This document shows positions 38,944 to 49,959 of a stretch of 64,000 bases of DNA, piece after piece. Origin of the DNA: Candidatus Latescibacterota bacterium (GTDB lineage Bacteria > Latescibacterota > UBA2968 > SICM01); contig CBDCJO010000001.1 of the NCBI GenBank assembly GCA_965217865.1, positions 320,001 through 384,000 of the forward strand, in the 5' to 3' direction. Below the pieces are notes generated by a model, which had not been told where the DNA came from, searched no databases, and saw only the letters and a program-made list of their open reading frames with translations. A program made the translations under genes and the position numbers. Numbering within the stretch: the stretch's first letter is position 1; each line of letters opens with the position of its first letter.

Positions 38944-39302
38944 AAATCCCCCATCAACGACTTTAATTTGGATCCTGGAATCTGGCCACTTGGAACTGAC
39001 CCTGGAACCATATTTTCCGCGATAATCTACCACATCCCCTGGGGGTTGTCAAGGACCCGGGATATCCCCGAGGGCGATGAAATCGCTTGACTTAACCGTA
39101 TCCATGTTCGATCTTTTGGCGACATTCGCCTCTCCCTGGAACCTTTGTAAAAACAGCCATGAAACACCCGACGTGGACACGGGTTCCCGGAGCTGATTTA
39201 ATGTATCGCGACACAAAAAATCGGGACCCTCACACCTTCCTCCGGTCCCCCCATTTTTGGTGTTCCTGAAGAAAATATCCCTTAGCCGTATCCTGTTCAT
39301 CA

Positions 39303-41183
39303 ATGACCCTGGTTCATCTTGACAAAATATCCCGATATTTCGGTGCGAACGAAGTGCTCGTGGACCTCTCCTGGCAGGTGGAGGAGGGGAATCGCGTCGG
39401 CTTGATCGGTCCCAACGGTTGCGGAAAAACCACGCTGGTTCGCATCATAGCGGGTGAACTCGAACCGGATCGGGGAATGGTCCATCGAAAAAAGGAAATC
39501 TCCGTGGGCTACTTATCTCAGGAGGCAGAGGTGGTTCCCGGCGATACCGTTCACCAGTCCGCGATGTCCGCCTTTCGAGAACTCATCTCCCTTCGCGAAG
39601 AACTGAAGGAAATTGAGGGAAGGATATCCGGAGGAGATCATCAAGAGTTCACCCTCGCCCGGTATGGTCAGTTGAGAGACGTTTACGAGAAACGGGGAGG
39701 CTATACCTTCGACCGAGAGGCGAAGGCCGCCCTTTACGGTCTTGGATTCGGTTCGAACGACATGGACCGGCCCGCTGAAAACCTGAGCGGGGGCCAGAAG
39801 AGTCGCCTTTCCCTCGCCAGGCAATTGGTGCGTAAACCCGACCTCCTTCTTCTCGACGAACCCACGAACCACCTGGATCTTCAGGCGGTCGAATGGCTTG
39901 AAGATTTCCTGTCGGACTATTCAGGCGGAGTGATTATCATCTCCCACGACAGGTATTTCCTGGACAGATCCGTCTCGCAGATCGTGGAGCTCGAGCGAAA
40001 AAGACTGGTCCCCTACACGGGCAATTATACCGCTTATGTCAGGGAAAAGCAGAATCGCCTCGAACGACAAAGGAAACGCTATGATGAACAGCAGGCATTC
40101 GTCAAACGGACGGAGGCGTTTATTCGGAAGAATATCGCAGGCCAGAAAACCAGGCAAGCCCAGAGCCGCAGGAAATTCCTGGAGAGACTCAAGCGTGTGG
40201 ACCGACCCATCCGGGGAGGCAAAGGTGTGCGGGTCGACTTCGCTGACCCTGATCGTTCGAGCGACCAGGTTCTCAACATCGAAAGCGTGTCCAAATCGTA
40301 TAACGGTCAAGTCCTCTTCAAGGACCTGACCTTTTCCATCCTTCGTGGGGATCGGGTAGGTATTGTGGGTCCAAACGGAGTTGGAAAAACCACCCTGTTG
40401 AAGATACTGGCAGGCGATATCCCTGCGGACCAAGGGGAGATCCGATATGGACGTAGAGTCGACATCCAGTATTACGATCAGGAATCCGAGGGATTAAACA
40501 GGGACAACACGATCCTTGACGAAATCCGATCCGTAAAACCCCTTGAGAAAGACGGCGACCTACGAGGCTTCCTCGGCCGTTTCCTCTTCTCGGAAGACCA
40601 GGTAGACCAGCAGGTGGGATCCCTGAGCGGGGGGGAGGGAAGCCGCCTCGCCCTTGCCAAGCTGATCCTCTCCCGGCCGAACCTTCTCCTCCTCGACGAG
40701 CCCACAAACCATCTCGACATCCCTTCCCGAACCACCGTGGAGGAAGCCCTCCAAAATTTTGAAGGCACGGTGATCGTCGTGTCTCACGACCGCTATTTCC
40801 TCAACCTGATCGCCCGATCTATCCTCTACCTGGATGGGGATTCCTGGAAATTCTACCGGGGAAACTACGACGACATGAAAGATCGAGCCGATCGGGACCC
40901 CTCCAGGGATTCCGCGGGAGGGGAACGAAAGAACCGCTATAAACAGCGACGCCTAGCCCTGAGGGAACGGGAGCGAAGTCTCCGCCGATTCGCTCAGATC
41001 GAAGAGGAGATCGTCTCCCTGGAGGATCAGATCCTTGAGCTGAATGAGGAAATGGGCCAACCCGAAGTCGCGATCGACTGGGGGCAGCTCGGAGTCTTGA
41101 GTCGGAAAAAAGAAGATCTCCGGGCGGACATGGATCGGCTTTATGAGGAGTGGTCGGAATTGGAAACAGAAAGAGTGGAATAG
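39303..41183 (+). CDS. ABC-F family ATP-binding protein
   Basis: Two ABC domains (GPNGCGKT, LSGGQ, DEPTNHLD twice), no TM, C-terminal coiled coil. Confidence 0.95.
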   Translation: MTLVHLDKISRYFGANEVLVDLSWQVEEGNRVGLIGPNGCGKTTLVRIIAGELEPDRGMVHRKKEISVGYLSQEAEVVPGDTVHQSAMSAFRELISLREELKEIEGRISGGDHQEFTLARYGQLRDVYEKRGGYTFDREAKAALYGLGFGSNDMDRPAENLSGGQKSRLSLARQLVRKPDLLLLDEPTNHLDLQAVEWLEDFLSDYSGGVIIISHDRYFLDRSVSQIVELERKRLVPYTGNYTAYVREKQNRLERQRKRYDEQQAFVKRTEAFIRKNIAGQKTRQAQSRRKFLERLKRVDRPIRGGKGVRVDFADPDRSSDQVLNIESVSKSYNGQVLFKDLTFSILRGDRVGIVGPNGVGKTTLLKILAGDIPADQGEIRYGRRVDIQYYDQESEGLNRDNTILDEIRSVKPLEKDGDLRGFLGRFLFSEDQVDQQVGSLSGGEGSRLALAKLILSRPNLLLLDEPTNHLDIPSRTTVEEALQNFEGTVIVVSHDRYFLNLIARSILYLDGDSWKFYRGNYDDMKDRADRDPSRDSAGGERKNRYKQRRLALRERERSLRRFAQIEEEIVSLEDQILELNEEMGQPEVAIDWGQLGVLSRKKEDLRADMDRLYEEWSELETERVE

Positions 41184-41327
41184 GAATCGTAAGGAGTAAC
41201 TTGGATGGAATCCAAGATGGCGCACTTACCCGCGTTGGGCCACAAGCTAAGAATTGGTTTAAGGTGATTAAACATCCTGACTGGTTCCGTTTGCCGTTTC
41301 ACGTTTGACCTTTTTTTCACAACACTC

Positions 41328-42077
41328 ATGCCCGAAACCGCCCGAATCCTGGTCGTTGACGACCTTCCGCTGAACATCGAATTCCTTGAGGAATCCCTGA
41401 CGGCGCATGGTTTTGAGGTCTTTTCGGCCTCGGACGGAGAAGAGGCCCTCAAGCGGATCGTCGAGGTTGAGCCGGACCTCCTCTTGCTGGACCTCTCCAT
41501 GCCAAAACTTGATGGAATCGGCGTCCTGAAGGTCATCCGCGGAGATGAAGAGTTTCGGGACCTCCCCGTCATCCTCCTGACCGCTCGCCGGGAGAAGGAG
41601 AACAAGGTTGAGGGTCTGGATGCCGGTGCGGATGATTATATTACAAAGCCCTTCTACATCGATGAGGTTGTCGCCCGCATCCGCTCCCTCCTACGGATGA
41701 AGCATATCCAGGCTGAGATTGTCGAGAAGGAGAAACATCTGGCCCAGGTCGAGACCCTGCAACAGGCCCTCGGCACCCTGTCGCATCATATCAACAACGC
41801 CAATCAAGCGATACTCTGCGCAGCTCAGCTCAGCGAACTCGCGAAGGATGACGGCAGGCGAGCCGCGAATCTCATCTCGATCTGCCTCCATCAGACGACA
41901 CGGACCAAGGCCGTTCTCGACTGCCTCGATAAGATGGTGGAACACATGGCCCTCAAGACCATCGGCTATGCTGGCGAAGCGGGAAGAATCCTTGACATCG
42001 AAGAGGAATTGAAGCAGCGGCTGAAAGAACTGGATGAGGGGAAGGAGTCAGGGGATGGGGATGTTCGTGATTCGTGA
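41328..42077 (+). CDS. Response regulator receiver fused to a HisKA-like helical domain (no HATPase)
   Basis: ILVVDD, LLDLSMP, DYITKP; then TLSHHINN H-box-like motif. Confidence 0.88.
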   Translation: MPETARILVVDDLPLNIEFLEESLTAHGFEVFSASDGEEALKRIVEVEPDLLLLDLSMPKLDGIGVLKVIRGDEEFRDLPVILLTARREKENKVEGLDAGADDYITKPFYIDEVVARIRSLLRMKHIQAEIVEKEKHLAQVETLQQALGTLSHHINNANQAILCAAQLSELAKDDGRRAANLISICLHQTTRTKAVLDCLDKMVEHMALKTIGYAGEAGRILDIEEELKQRLKELDEGKESGDGDVRDS

Positions 42078-42180
42078 TTCGTGATTCGTGATTCGTGATT
42101 CGTGATTCGTGATTCGTGATTCGTGATTCGTGATTCGTGATTCGTGATTCGTGATTCGTGATTCGTGATTCGTGATTCGT
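42069..42180 (+). repeat. (GATTCGT)16 perfect heptamer tandem repeat
   Basis: 112 bp counted directly; supplies the stop codon of the upstream gene. Confidence 0.97.
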
Positions 42181-42305
42181 TAAAAATCGATGCGAATTAC
42201 CGAATGAATTGTCAAGGGGTCTTTTTGGTTTTCCGAGTCACGGGTCACGATCCACGATCCCCGGGTTTTCCGATCCCCGAATCACGATCCACGATCCCCG
42301 GCCTT

Positions 42306-43319
42306 TCACACCAGATTGGGATTGTGCTCTCCCCACGCCTCCACCGGTGGAAGAATCCCGTCCTCGATCGTGGCGTCCCGAAGGGCCACCACGTGCCCGT
42401 ATGACACTTCAAGGGCTTTCATGTCCTCTTCATCCCCTTCGGGGGACAAGGGGGATACCCCTTCTTTCGATATCTTGGTCGGCATCGCCATCATAATGTT
42501 CCGGAACGGATCCGAATTCACATAGGTTCCGCATGGCCATTCATAACCAGGCTCTCCAAGAACGGCCCTCAGCATCTCGATACTCTGCTGAGCCGGGGAC
42601 TGGAATGAGGACCGCCCCCGCAACGAGATAATCCGGGCCCCGCCTCCCCGAACCACCTCCTGTACCTTCGCCCACTCTTCTCCATTCATGCCGATCCCGC
42701 CGACGGTCTGCCCTCCCAGGATATCGGTCAGCGCACGTCCATCAACCGCGATACCCTTCTTGAAGACCGCCATCTGTTCCCCGTGCCCGCCATAGGTTTT
42801 GCAACCCGTCACCTTATTCTGGCGGACTCGGAAGTGCTGGGCAAGGGCGGTTTGAAGCCGGGTGCTGTCCAGAGCGGCCAGGGTGCTCACCCGGCCGGCT
42901 GGAAGGCCTGAATAAACAAGCGCCGCCAAACCCGTAATGTCGGCCGGGTTGAAGATCACGACAACGAACTTGCAGTCCGGGGTCAGACGTTTGATGTCTA
43001 AACCGAGCTGTTTGGCGATCTCCGCATTTCCGCGGCGGAGGTCCTCGCGCGTCATACCCTCCTTCCGAGGGGCTCCGCCTGAAGATATGATATAGGCCGT
43101 ATCCTTTAAGGCCTCATCGATATCTGTTGTCCAGGCGACCTCTGCCTCGGGGAAGGCGCAATGGTAGATCTCCTCGGCCGTACCCTCCAGGAATTTTTCA
43201 ACAGGATCGTACATCGCGATTCGGTTCGCCGTCTTCGTGGCGAGAAGAGTCTGTACGATGTTGGACCCGATGGCCCCGGCCGCACCCAGGACGGCAACCT
43301 TTTCGTTGGTCAGATACAT
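42306..43319 (-). CDS. mdh: Malate dehydrogenase
   Basis: GAAGAIG, GAPRKEGMTREDL, IFNPAD, LDSTRL and GGHGE. Confidence 0.9.
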   Translation of the reverse strand: MYLTNEKVAVLGAAGAIGSNIVQTLLATKTANRIAMYDPVEKFLEGTAEEIYHCAFPEAEVAWTTDIDEALKDTAYIISSGGAPRKEGMTREDLRRGNAEIAKQLGLDIKRLTPDCKFVVVIFNPADITGLAALVYSGLPAGRVSTLAALDSTRLQTALAQHFRVRQNKVTGCKTYGGHGEQMAVFKKGIAVDGRALTDILGGQTVGGIGMNGEEWAKVQEVVRGGGARIISLRGRSSFQSPAQQSIEMLRAVLGEPGYEWPCGTYVNSDPFRNIMMAMPTKISKEGVSPLSPEGDEEDMKALEVSYGHVVALRDATIEDGILPPVEAWGEHNPNLV

Positions 43320-43394
43320 GGTGTTTCCTCCGTTAAAAAAGATAAAAAATCAGTTTGACGATCCTTGAATCCGATTCGCTTCCCTTCTACAATT

Positions 43395-43705
43395 TTTGGC
43401 TCTCCGTGGAATAGTGGACCCTGTCTTCGCGATTGACACCCGGCCTTCGAGCCAACGAGAAGCCGAGACTAAAGTCAGGGCTCTTCTTTCAGCGCCAACG
43501 GCGCGTTGTCCCTCAACCCAGGGCAACGCCCTGGGTCCTTGGAAAGCAATAGCTTGGTGCGGCCTGAAGGGTCGCGATAATTTCACACCCCCCATCCCCG
43601 GCACACATCCTGATTCATCTACTGTTCAGCACAAAACCCGGATCGCGGACCGTTGGGCTGGGCCAAGGAATCACGGGCCGTTGGCCCGCTGATGAGTCGC
43701 CTCAC
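43395..43705 (+). mobile_element. REP/MITE family A, copy 3
   Basis: Same repeat blocks; contains a HILIHLLFSTK remnant. Confidence 0.85.
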
Positions 43706-43905
43706 GCTTTTCCCCGTCTAACGTCTCACATCTCACGAGCTTCACGGTTTTTTTTCCCTGACCCCTGACACCTCCCGTCCTTCGACTGCGTTCCGCAAAA
43801 AACGCGGAACTCCGCTCAGGAAGTATTCATTAAGTGTTTATGATTTGCTAAACTATCGCGGCCATTGCTATGCCCAGCTCCGGTCTGCCCTAAACTTTGC
43901 AATTT

Positions 43906-46900
43906 TCATTTTTCATTTTCCATTTTCTCCTCACCCCTAACCTTGACTTGATCCCTGAACCCTTGATTCCCGACCACTCGCGTCTGATATGTCTCCAGAT
44001 AATATCGATGCCCTTCGTCATCCGGGTAAGCATCGCCCTGTCCAAACGGGTAAGAAGACATCCCGTGGTAAGGCATAGGGTCCACCGACTGCGAATGGGC
44101 GGTGTTGATGTCTCCGTCCTTAACCCAACCGTCGCTGTAAAACACGAAATCTCGGCTCCAACCATCGGGTGGGGGTGGAACCCCATCGAAAACAAGGGCG
44201 ACTTCATCTCCGGCGTTCATCACCACGTATTGGTCATCTGCCGAAAGGAGCAGTGGGGTAACATCTCCGTATTGTGTGTACATCCCTTCCAGATCTCGCC
44301 AGGTCGACCCTCGTTTTACCACATCGTAATCGAACAGGTGGGGTCCATTTTCAGACTCTCGGAACAACCGGGAGAAACCTCGATAACGGAGATTCGCCAC
44401 CGACGGTTTCAGCGATGTGATCATCGTTCTGGTTTCAGGTTCATCTACGCTGAAGAAGACGTGGTCCCAGTAGATCTGCATGTTCGTCGAGATCCGAACC
44501 CGATGGTCCCCGCAGAGGAATTTTCCGGAGAGGTCCAGGATGCAGGTTTTCCGTTTGCCGTTCGGGAACCCGGCAAAGGGGATGACGGGTTGCCAGACCC
44601 CGTTTCGGTCCGGGACCTCCAGGGTCGGCGGCTGGCCCCGAAGCCCGTCCCCTCTTTGCGACAGCGCAAAGTTGAGACTCGTGTCTGTCGGAAAGATCCA
44701 TCCGTTCAGAAAGAGGACCACTCTGGCGCCATCGGGGAAATCTCCCAGGTCGAGGGTCAGGCTATGCGGCTGGACGATGCCTTGATACGGCGTTGGAACC
44801 AGGCCGTCAACGAATCGGCCGTCCCTGACCCTCAGGCTGTCGAGAATGTCTTGCCCCTGATCGTCAATCGCCGAAACCGGAAGCCTTGGATTTTGCACGG
44901 TATGGAGTCGGAATGACGGAAAAGGCGGGGGCACGAACCGCTCATCCACATAGATATCGGCCTCCTCTGGATGGTCCACGACAAGCAGCTTGGCTTCATC
45001 CAGGTAGATCGTCTCCCACAGTTCCTCCGTGACGCGAAGAGTTAACTTCCCGTCTTTCTCACGGAGCTGATCCCCGCGAATCTTCACATAATCCTTGCCG
45101 GAATCCGAAAAGGCATGCCGTCCGTCGTCCATCAGCATCCCGAGCGGACTCCGCCAGAGGAGATCGGTTACAAACCGATACCGCTTGCCATCCCAGGCGT
45201 ACAGGAACGGACAGGAACCCTTGAGCGATTGTTTCTCAATGATCCGTGTGTTGATCTCTGGCGCGATCCGGTTCTGAGGGACCCCGTTGGTCCAAACCAC
45301 CCTGAGGACCTCTGCCCGGGTCCTCCCCCCGAGGCCGAAATGGGTGACAGGTCCCGCCACGACCTTCATCTGATAGAGTTTCCCTGATTTCAGCTCCATT
45401 TTAACCCCGATCCCGGCGATATTATTCTTGGAGCTTCCCACCTTTAAGCCAACGAGTTTCACCGTCAACCAGCCATTCGCATTTCCCCCGTCGTTCCGGA
45501 GAAGACGTATCTTATCTCCGTGCGTGATCAGGAGATCGAGGTCCCCATCCGCATCGGAATCCATCGGGGATGGCCGTTGGTTGGATTGGAGGCCGGGGGG
45601 GAGGATTCCCGGGACAATCCCGAATCCATCCCCTTGGTTCCTGAACAGATGGAGACCGTTGGATAGGCCTGAAGCGACCAGATCAACCCAACCATCATTG
45701 TCGTAATCCAGAAACCGCGCGTCCGCCACCGGAGATCCGGGAATCAGCGCTTCCGATTTTCGATAAATCCCATCCCCCTGATTACGATAGATCTGGGAGG
45801 ATCCGCTAACGCCTGTGAAGACATCCAGAAATCCGTCGTTGTCATAGTCCGCCGTATCCAGCAACGGAGGAGAGCCGGGTTCTTTTCCACTTTCGGAAAT
45901 CGATTCAAATCCCACGGAGATTCGCGAAAGGCGGCCCTGCCGAAGATTCGTGTAGGTGGATACCCCTTCCTTCCCGACGAACATTAGATCTGTGTCTCCA
46001 TCCTCGTCAAAATCTCCGAAAGCTACGTCAGTTGCATCAAAGGTACCTTCCAGACCTGCTTTTTTTCCGACATCCAGGAAAGTCTCATCTCCATTGTTTC
46101 TCAGCAACACGACGAAACGGCCTTCATCCGGGACGGCCTTGATGAGGATCAGGTCCAGGTCTCCGTCGTGGTCGTAGTCCACGAACAGAGACTTCCGGTT
46201 ATTCCCAAGAAGACGGGATGACAGGATCCCATCACCGGATATATCCACAAACATGCCGTTGTCGTTTCTTGCGAACACGCCCTGACCCTGAGGGCTCCAG
46301 ACCAAAAGGTCCGAATCCCCGTCGTTATCATAGTCCGCCATCGATGCGCTCTCGAAATCCCCCCGGAACCCCAGACCTCTTTGATCGGTCACATCAACGA
46401 ACTTCCCCCTCTCATTAACCAGAAGGACATTCCCGGGCCCCCCGCCCGCCCGGCGACACACATAGACGTCGAGGGCGCCGTCATCGTCGAGGTCCCCAAG
46501 CGCGAATCCGCGAGCGTCCTGGCCCAGGCCAACCGCCTGGGTTGCATCCCTGAAAGCGATCGGAATCGGGGACTCATGATACTCCCCCAACCGCGCTTCA
46601 AGCTGAGCGCTGAATCGTTCCAACGGAAGGCCGGTCGCACCCTGCACCAGTTCCGAAATCGCGGACCGGTAGCGGAAACCTCCCTTCTGAACGTTTTCGA
46701 ACACGATCATCTGCAAGAGGGCCTCATCCGGCTTTCCCTGTGACATGACTTCCAGGCCCTTCTCCAGATAAGGCACCGCAGCATCGGGGATTCCCCAAAG
46801 ATCTTTTCGAATGCCTTCATAGACTTTCCGGGCTTCCGGGACATTTTTCCTTCGGAGGAGGATCTCTCCGAGCTTCAACCGGACTACGATATTCGCCGGA

Positions 46901-47424
46901 AGCCGTGTGAAAAGTCCCCGAAGTTGATCCTCCGCATCGCCAAGACTTTCCGGAGTCCGCCGCGAACGGAGATTATAGGTGGCGAATTTGTAGCGGGAAT
47001 AGTCATCCCCAGGATCGAGCCGGATTGCCTCCCGGATTTCCCGAACAAAATCCTCTTCCCGATGTTGCCATAGATAAACCTCCGCCAACAACGAACGCAC
47101 CTGGGCGTTCCCCGGGCCCTGCACTATGGCCTTTTTTAACCACGCTTCCGCATCCCCCAGTTGCTGCATCCGAAGATAGACGAGACCCGAGTTGGCATAC
47201 CCGAGGGGTTCATCCGGTGCGAGTTCCGCAACCTCTTTGAACGCTTCCAATGCCTGATCATTCTGATTCTGCTCGAGATGTGCCAGTCCAAGATTTCGCT
47301 GGATCAGAAGGTCGGATAAGCCCGAACCAAGAACCGGTTCCGGGGTGACAACCAATAAGAATAACAACAACGATTTTGAAACCGGATTGATGATTCCAAG
47401 AAAATTGCAATTTTGGTTCTTCAA
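43906..47424 (-). CDS. TPR + FG-GAP + ASPIC/UnbV (CRTAC1-like) secreted protein
   Basis: N-terminal TPRs, many DYDNDGDxDL repeats, HFGLG and KGSCPFLYAWDG. Confidence 0.92.
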   Translation of the reverse strand: MKNQNCNFLGIINPVSKSLLLFLLVVTPEPVLGSGLSDLLIQRNLGLAHLEQNQNDQALEAFKEVAELAPDEPLGYANSGLVYLRMQQLGDAEAWLKKAIVQGPGNAQVRSLLAEVYLWQHREEDFVREIREAIRLDPGDDYSRYKFATYNLRSRRTPESLGDAEDQLRGLFTRLPANIVVRLKLGEILLRRKNVPEARKVYEGIRKDLWGIPDAAVPYLEKGLEVMSQGKPDEALLQMIVFENVQKGGFRYRSAISELVQGATGLPLERFSAQLEARLGEYHESPIPIAFRDATQAVGLGQDARGFALGDLDDDGALDVYVCRRAGGGPGNVLLVNERGKFVDVTDQRGLGFRGDFESASMADYDNDGDSDLLVWSPQGQGVFARNDNGMFVDISGDGILSSRLLGNNRKSLFVDYDHDGDLDLILIKAVPDEGRFVVLLRNNGDETFLDVGKKAGLEGTFDATDVAFGDFDEDGDTDLMFVGKEGVSTYTNLRQGRLSRISVGFESISESGKEPGSPPLLDTADYDNDGFLDVFTGVSGSSQIYRNQGDGIYRKSEALIPGSPVADARFLDYDNDGWVDLVASGLSNGLHLFRNQGDGFGIVPGILPPGLQSNQRPSPMDSDADGDLDLLITHGDKIRLLRNDGGNANGWLTVKLVGLKVGSSKNNIAGIGVKMELKSGKLYQMKVVAGPVTHFGLGGRTRAEVLRVVWTNGVPQNRIAPEINTRIIEKQSLKGSCPFLYAWDGKRYRFVTDLLWRSPLGMLMDDGRHAFSDSGKDYVKIRGDQLREKDGKLTLRVTEELWETIYLDEAKLLVVDHPEEADIYVDERFVPPPFPSFRLHTVQNPRLPVSAIDDQGQDILDSLRVRDGRFVDGLVPTPYQGIVQPHSLTLDLGDFPDGARVVLFLNGWIFPTDTSLNFALSQRGDGLRGQPPTLEVPDRNGVWQPVIPFAGFPNGKRKTCILDLSGKFLCGDHRVRISTNMQIYWDHVFFSVDEPETRTMITSLKPSVANLRYRGFSRLFRESENGPHLFDYDVVKRGSTWRDLEGMYTQYGDVTPLLLSADDQYVVMNAGDEVALVFDGVPPPPDGWSRDFVFYSDGWVKDGDINTAHSQSVDPMPYHGMSSYPFGQGDAYPDDEGHRYYLETYQTRVVGNQGFRDQVKVRGEEKMENEK

Positions 47425-47427
47425 TTA

Positions 47428-47695
47428 TGGCTCTCCATGGAATATAGTGGACCCTGTTCTTCCCGATTGACACCCCGGGCCTTCGAGCTAATCGAGAAGT
47501 CGAGACTATAGTCAGGGCCTTCTTTCAGCGCCAACGGCGCGTTGTTCCTCAACCCAGGGCAGCGCCCTGGGTCGTGAGATTTCACATCCCCCAATCCCTG
47601 TCCCGTATCCTGATTCATCTACGGTATATGTGGAATTGATCCGGATCGCGGACCGTTGGACCGCTGATGCGTTGCCTCACAGAACCTCGCTTTCA
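47428..47695 (+). mobile_element. REP/MITE family A, copy 4
   Basis: PQSLSRILIHL joined to RYMWN*. Confidence 0.85.
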
Positions 47696-47965
47696 CCAAC
47701 GGAAGTTCTTCAATTTTCAATTTCCTTTCATAAAAAAACTCCGGACCTCCGGTCCTGAGCCACCCTGGAATCCAGGGGATATTTTATAGGTTTTCCCGTA
47801 CCAAGTCAACTTTTTTAGTTACGGGGATACGCATAGCCCAGGCCCGTTGCACATATGGCAGGACCCTTAAAAACCCTTGAAGAGCCCCCCTTTTTATCTT
47901 AGATTGTCTTCATTCCTAAGGGAATTAAGGCATTCGAACACAGTCCCTCCAGATCTCCGAATCCT

Positions 47966-48946
47966 ATGTCCGGTTCATTGATGTATAAAAAGATTCGGGA
48001 CGGCTCGGAGATGTCCATGCCCGATAACCGTCCCAGAATCGCAGTAGTCGGGTCCATCAATCGAGACACGATTCGTACCCCGGATGGATTGACCACTGAG
48101 AGTTATGGGGGGCTCCTATACAGCATCCTGTCGCTGCACGAAATTCTTGACGGCCAAGTCGAAATTTTTCCCGTTTGCAAAGTGGGATTGGATGTAAAGG
48201 AAATTGTCTCCGACCTCCTTGGAAGTTGCCGCTCCGTTCACTTTGACGGCGTCCAATTCGTTCATGGAAAAAATAACCACTGCTTCCTCGATTATGACGA
48301 AAAGGGACGAAAGCAGGAAACCCTGAAGGATGTGGTCCCTCCCCTTACATTAGACAATCTCTCCCCCTTCCTCTCTTGTGATGCCGTCTGTTTCAATTTT
48401 ATCACGGGGTGGGAGATGACCCTGGAGACCTGCCAACTTGCCCGTGCATCGACAGGGTCCCCCATCCTGATGGACCTCCACAGCCTGACCCTCGGAATCG
48501 ATCCGAACGGTCTCCGGTTCTGGCGCAAACCTCCCGATTGGGAGGCATGGGTGGCCTGCGGAGATGTTATTCAGATGAACCGGGAAGAGGCGACCCTTAT
48601 CTGGGGAAAGGACATATTACTGGAAGGTGAGTTGCGGAGGTTCGGAAATCACGTGTTGGAGAATGGTACAACGGCATTGATCATTACCCTCGGGGATGGA
48701 GGATCCAGAGCGGTCTTCAGGACCGAAAACGGTACCATCGAATCCATCGGGACCGAGGCGCCCCTCCCCGAACCCTCCATTGACGAAACGGGATGCGGGG
48801 ATGTATTTCTTATGGGATTCACCGCAGCATATATCCGTTCCCTTGACGTCCGGCGGGCTTCAAACCTGGCCAACCGGGCAGCAGCTGCAAATTGTTGCCT
48901 GAGGGGAATCGAAGAGATCGGCAGGTTAAGGGAGTATCTCTGTTGA
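47966..48946 (+). CDS. PfkB family carbohydrate kinase
   Basis: IAVVGSINRD, QMNREEA, ITLGDGG and DETGCGDVF; start may be 48011 or 48017. Confidence 0.9.
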   Translation: MSGSLMYKKIRDGSEMSMPDNRPRIAVVGSINRDTIRTPDGLTTESYGGLLYSILSLHEILDGQVEIFPVCKVGLDVKEIVSDLLGSCRSVHFDGVQFVHGKNNHCFLDYDEKGRKQETLKDVVPPLTLDNLSPFLSCDAVCFNFITGWEMTLETCQLARASTGSPILMDLHSLTLGIDPNGLRFWRKPPDWEAWVACGDVIQMNREEATLIWGKDILLEGELRRFGNHVLENGTTALIITLGDGGSRAVFRTENGTIESIGTEAPLPEPSIDETGCGDVFLMGFTAAYIRSLDVRRASNLANRAAAANCCLRGIEEIGRLREYLC

Positions 48947-49959
48947 GCGCAACCCAATCCTTACGTATTCACCCTCTATTCATTTTTTCATTTTGCGTAC
49001 TACACCTCGCGTGTGCTCTACTTTTCGTTCCTCCGGCATTTTCGTGGCCCGTGGAAGGATGGGAGCAGATCGAGACCGATCACACCGCTTTGCGTTTTCG
49101 AGGACCGGATCAAACCTTCGCTGAGAATCTGACCTTTTATTTACAGAGCGGTTATCGCCACGTTCACAGGAAACTTGGCCTTGGGGAAGATATCCGGACC
49201 ATCGTCTATCTGGCGCCATCCGCAAGGCTCTTCGAGGCGCTCACTTCCGGGGCCGTCCCGGACTGGGGGGTTGGATGCGCTTTTCCGGAACATCGGGTCA
49301 TCGTCCTTCGAAAAGTTGAAGGCACCCCAGGGGCTCTCAGGGAGACCATTTACCACGAAATTTCCCACATCCTCCTTAACAACTCTGCCGGCGATCTACC
49401 GATCCCCCGTTGGTTCGACGAGGGAATGGCGATGTGGAACGCTTCCGAATGGCGATGGGGCCAGTCCTACGAGATGTCGGCGGCAGCCGTCTGGGGGAAT
49501 CTTCTTCCCCTTCGGGAAATCGATAATGTATTGGCCTTTGCTTCCCCGAAGGCGAAGCTTGCTTACGCCGAGAGCTTCTCCGCAGTCTCATTCCTCATGA
49601 GGCAGGAAGGCCCCGATATCGCCTCGCGTCTTCTTACGGATCTGAGGTCCGGATATTCGTTCGAAGAGGCCTTTGCCCGACAGACCGGAGCCACAACTGA
49701 AGAATTTGAGGAACGATGGAGAAAAGAAGCGGAGAAGAGGTTCGGTCTTGCGGCTCTCTTGTCTGAGTCTATCAATTTCTGGTTAGGCGTCACCATGCTT
49801 TTCCTGCTGGCCTATGTCGCAACAAAGTTGCGAAACCGTCGCAAAATCCGGCAGTGGGAGGCCGATGAAGCCGGGCCCTCGCGACCTGCCCTCCAGATTC
49901 ATCACGGAAGGCCTGAGAAGGCCCCCGACAAAGGAGACAGACCTTGGTCATCGGAGTAA
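48943..49959 (+). CDS. Peptidase MA-like zinc metallopeptidase with C-terminal TM
   Basis: HEISH...PRWFDEGMA and LAYAES; start uncertain. Confidence 0.85.
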   Translation: MSATQSLRIHPLFIFSFCVLHLACALLFVPPAFSWPVEGWEQIETDHTALRFRGPDQTFAENLTFYLQSGYRHVHRKLGLGEDIRTIVYLAPSARLFEALTSGAVPDWGVGCAFPEHRVIVLRKVEGTPGALRETIYHEISHILLNNSAGDLPIPRWFDEGMAMWNASEWRWGQSYEMSAAAVWGNLLPLREIDNVLAFASPKAKLAYAESFSAVSFLMRQEGPDIASRLLTDLRSGYSFEEAFARQTGATTEEFEERWRKEAEKRFGLAALLSESINFWLGVTMLFLLAYVATKLRNRRKIRQWEADEAGPSRPALQIHHGRPEKAPDKGDRPWSSE

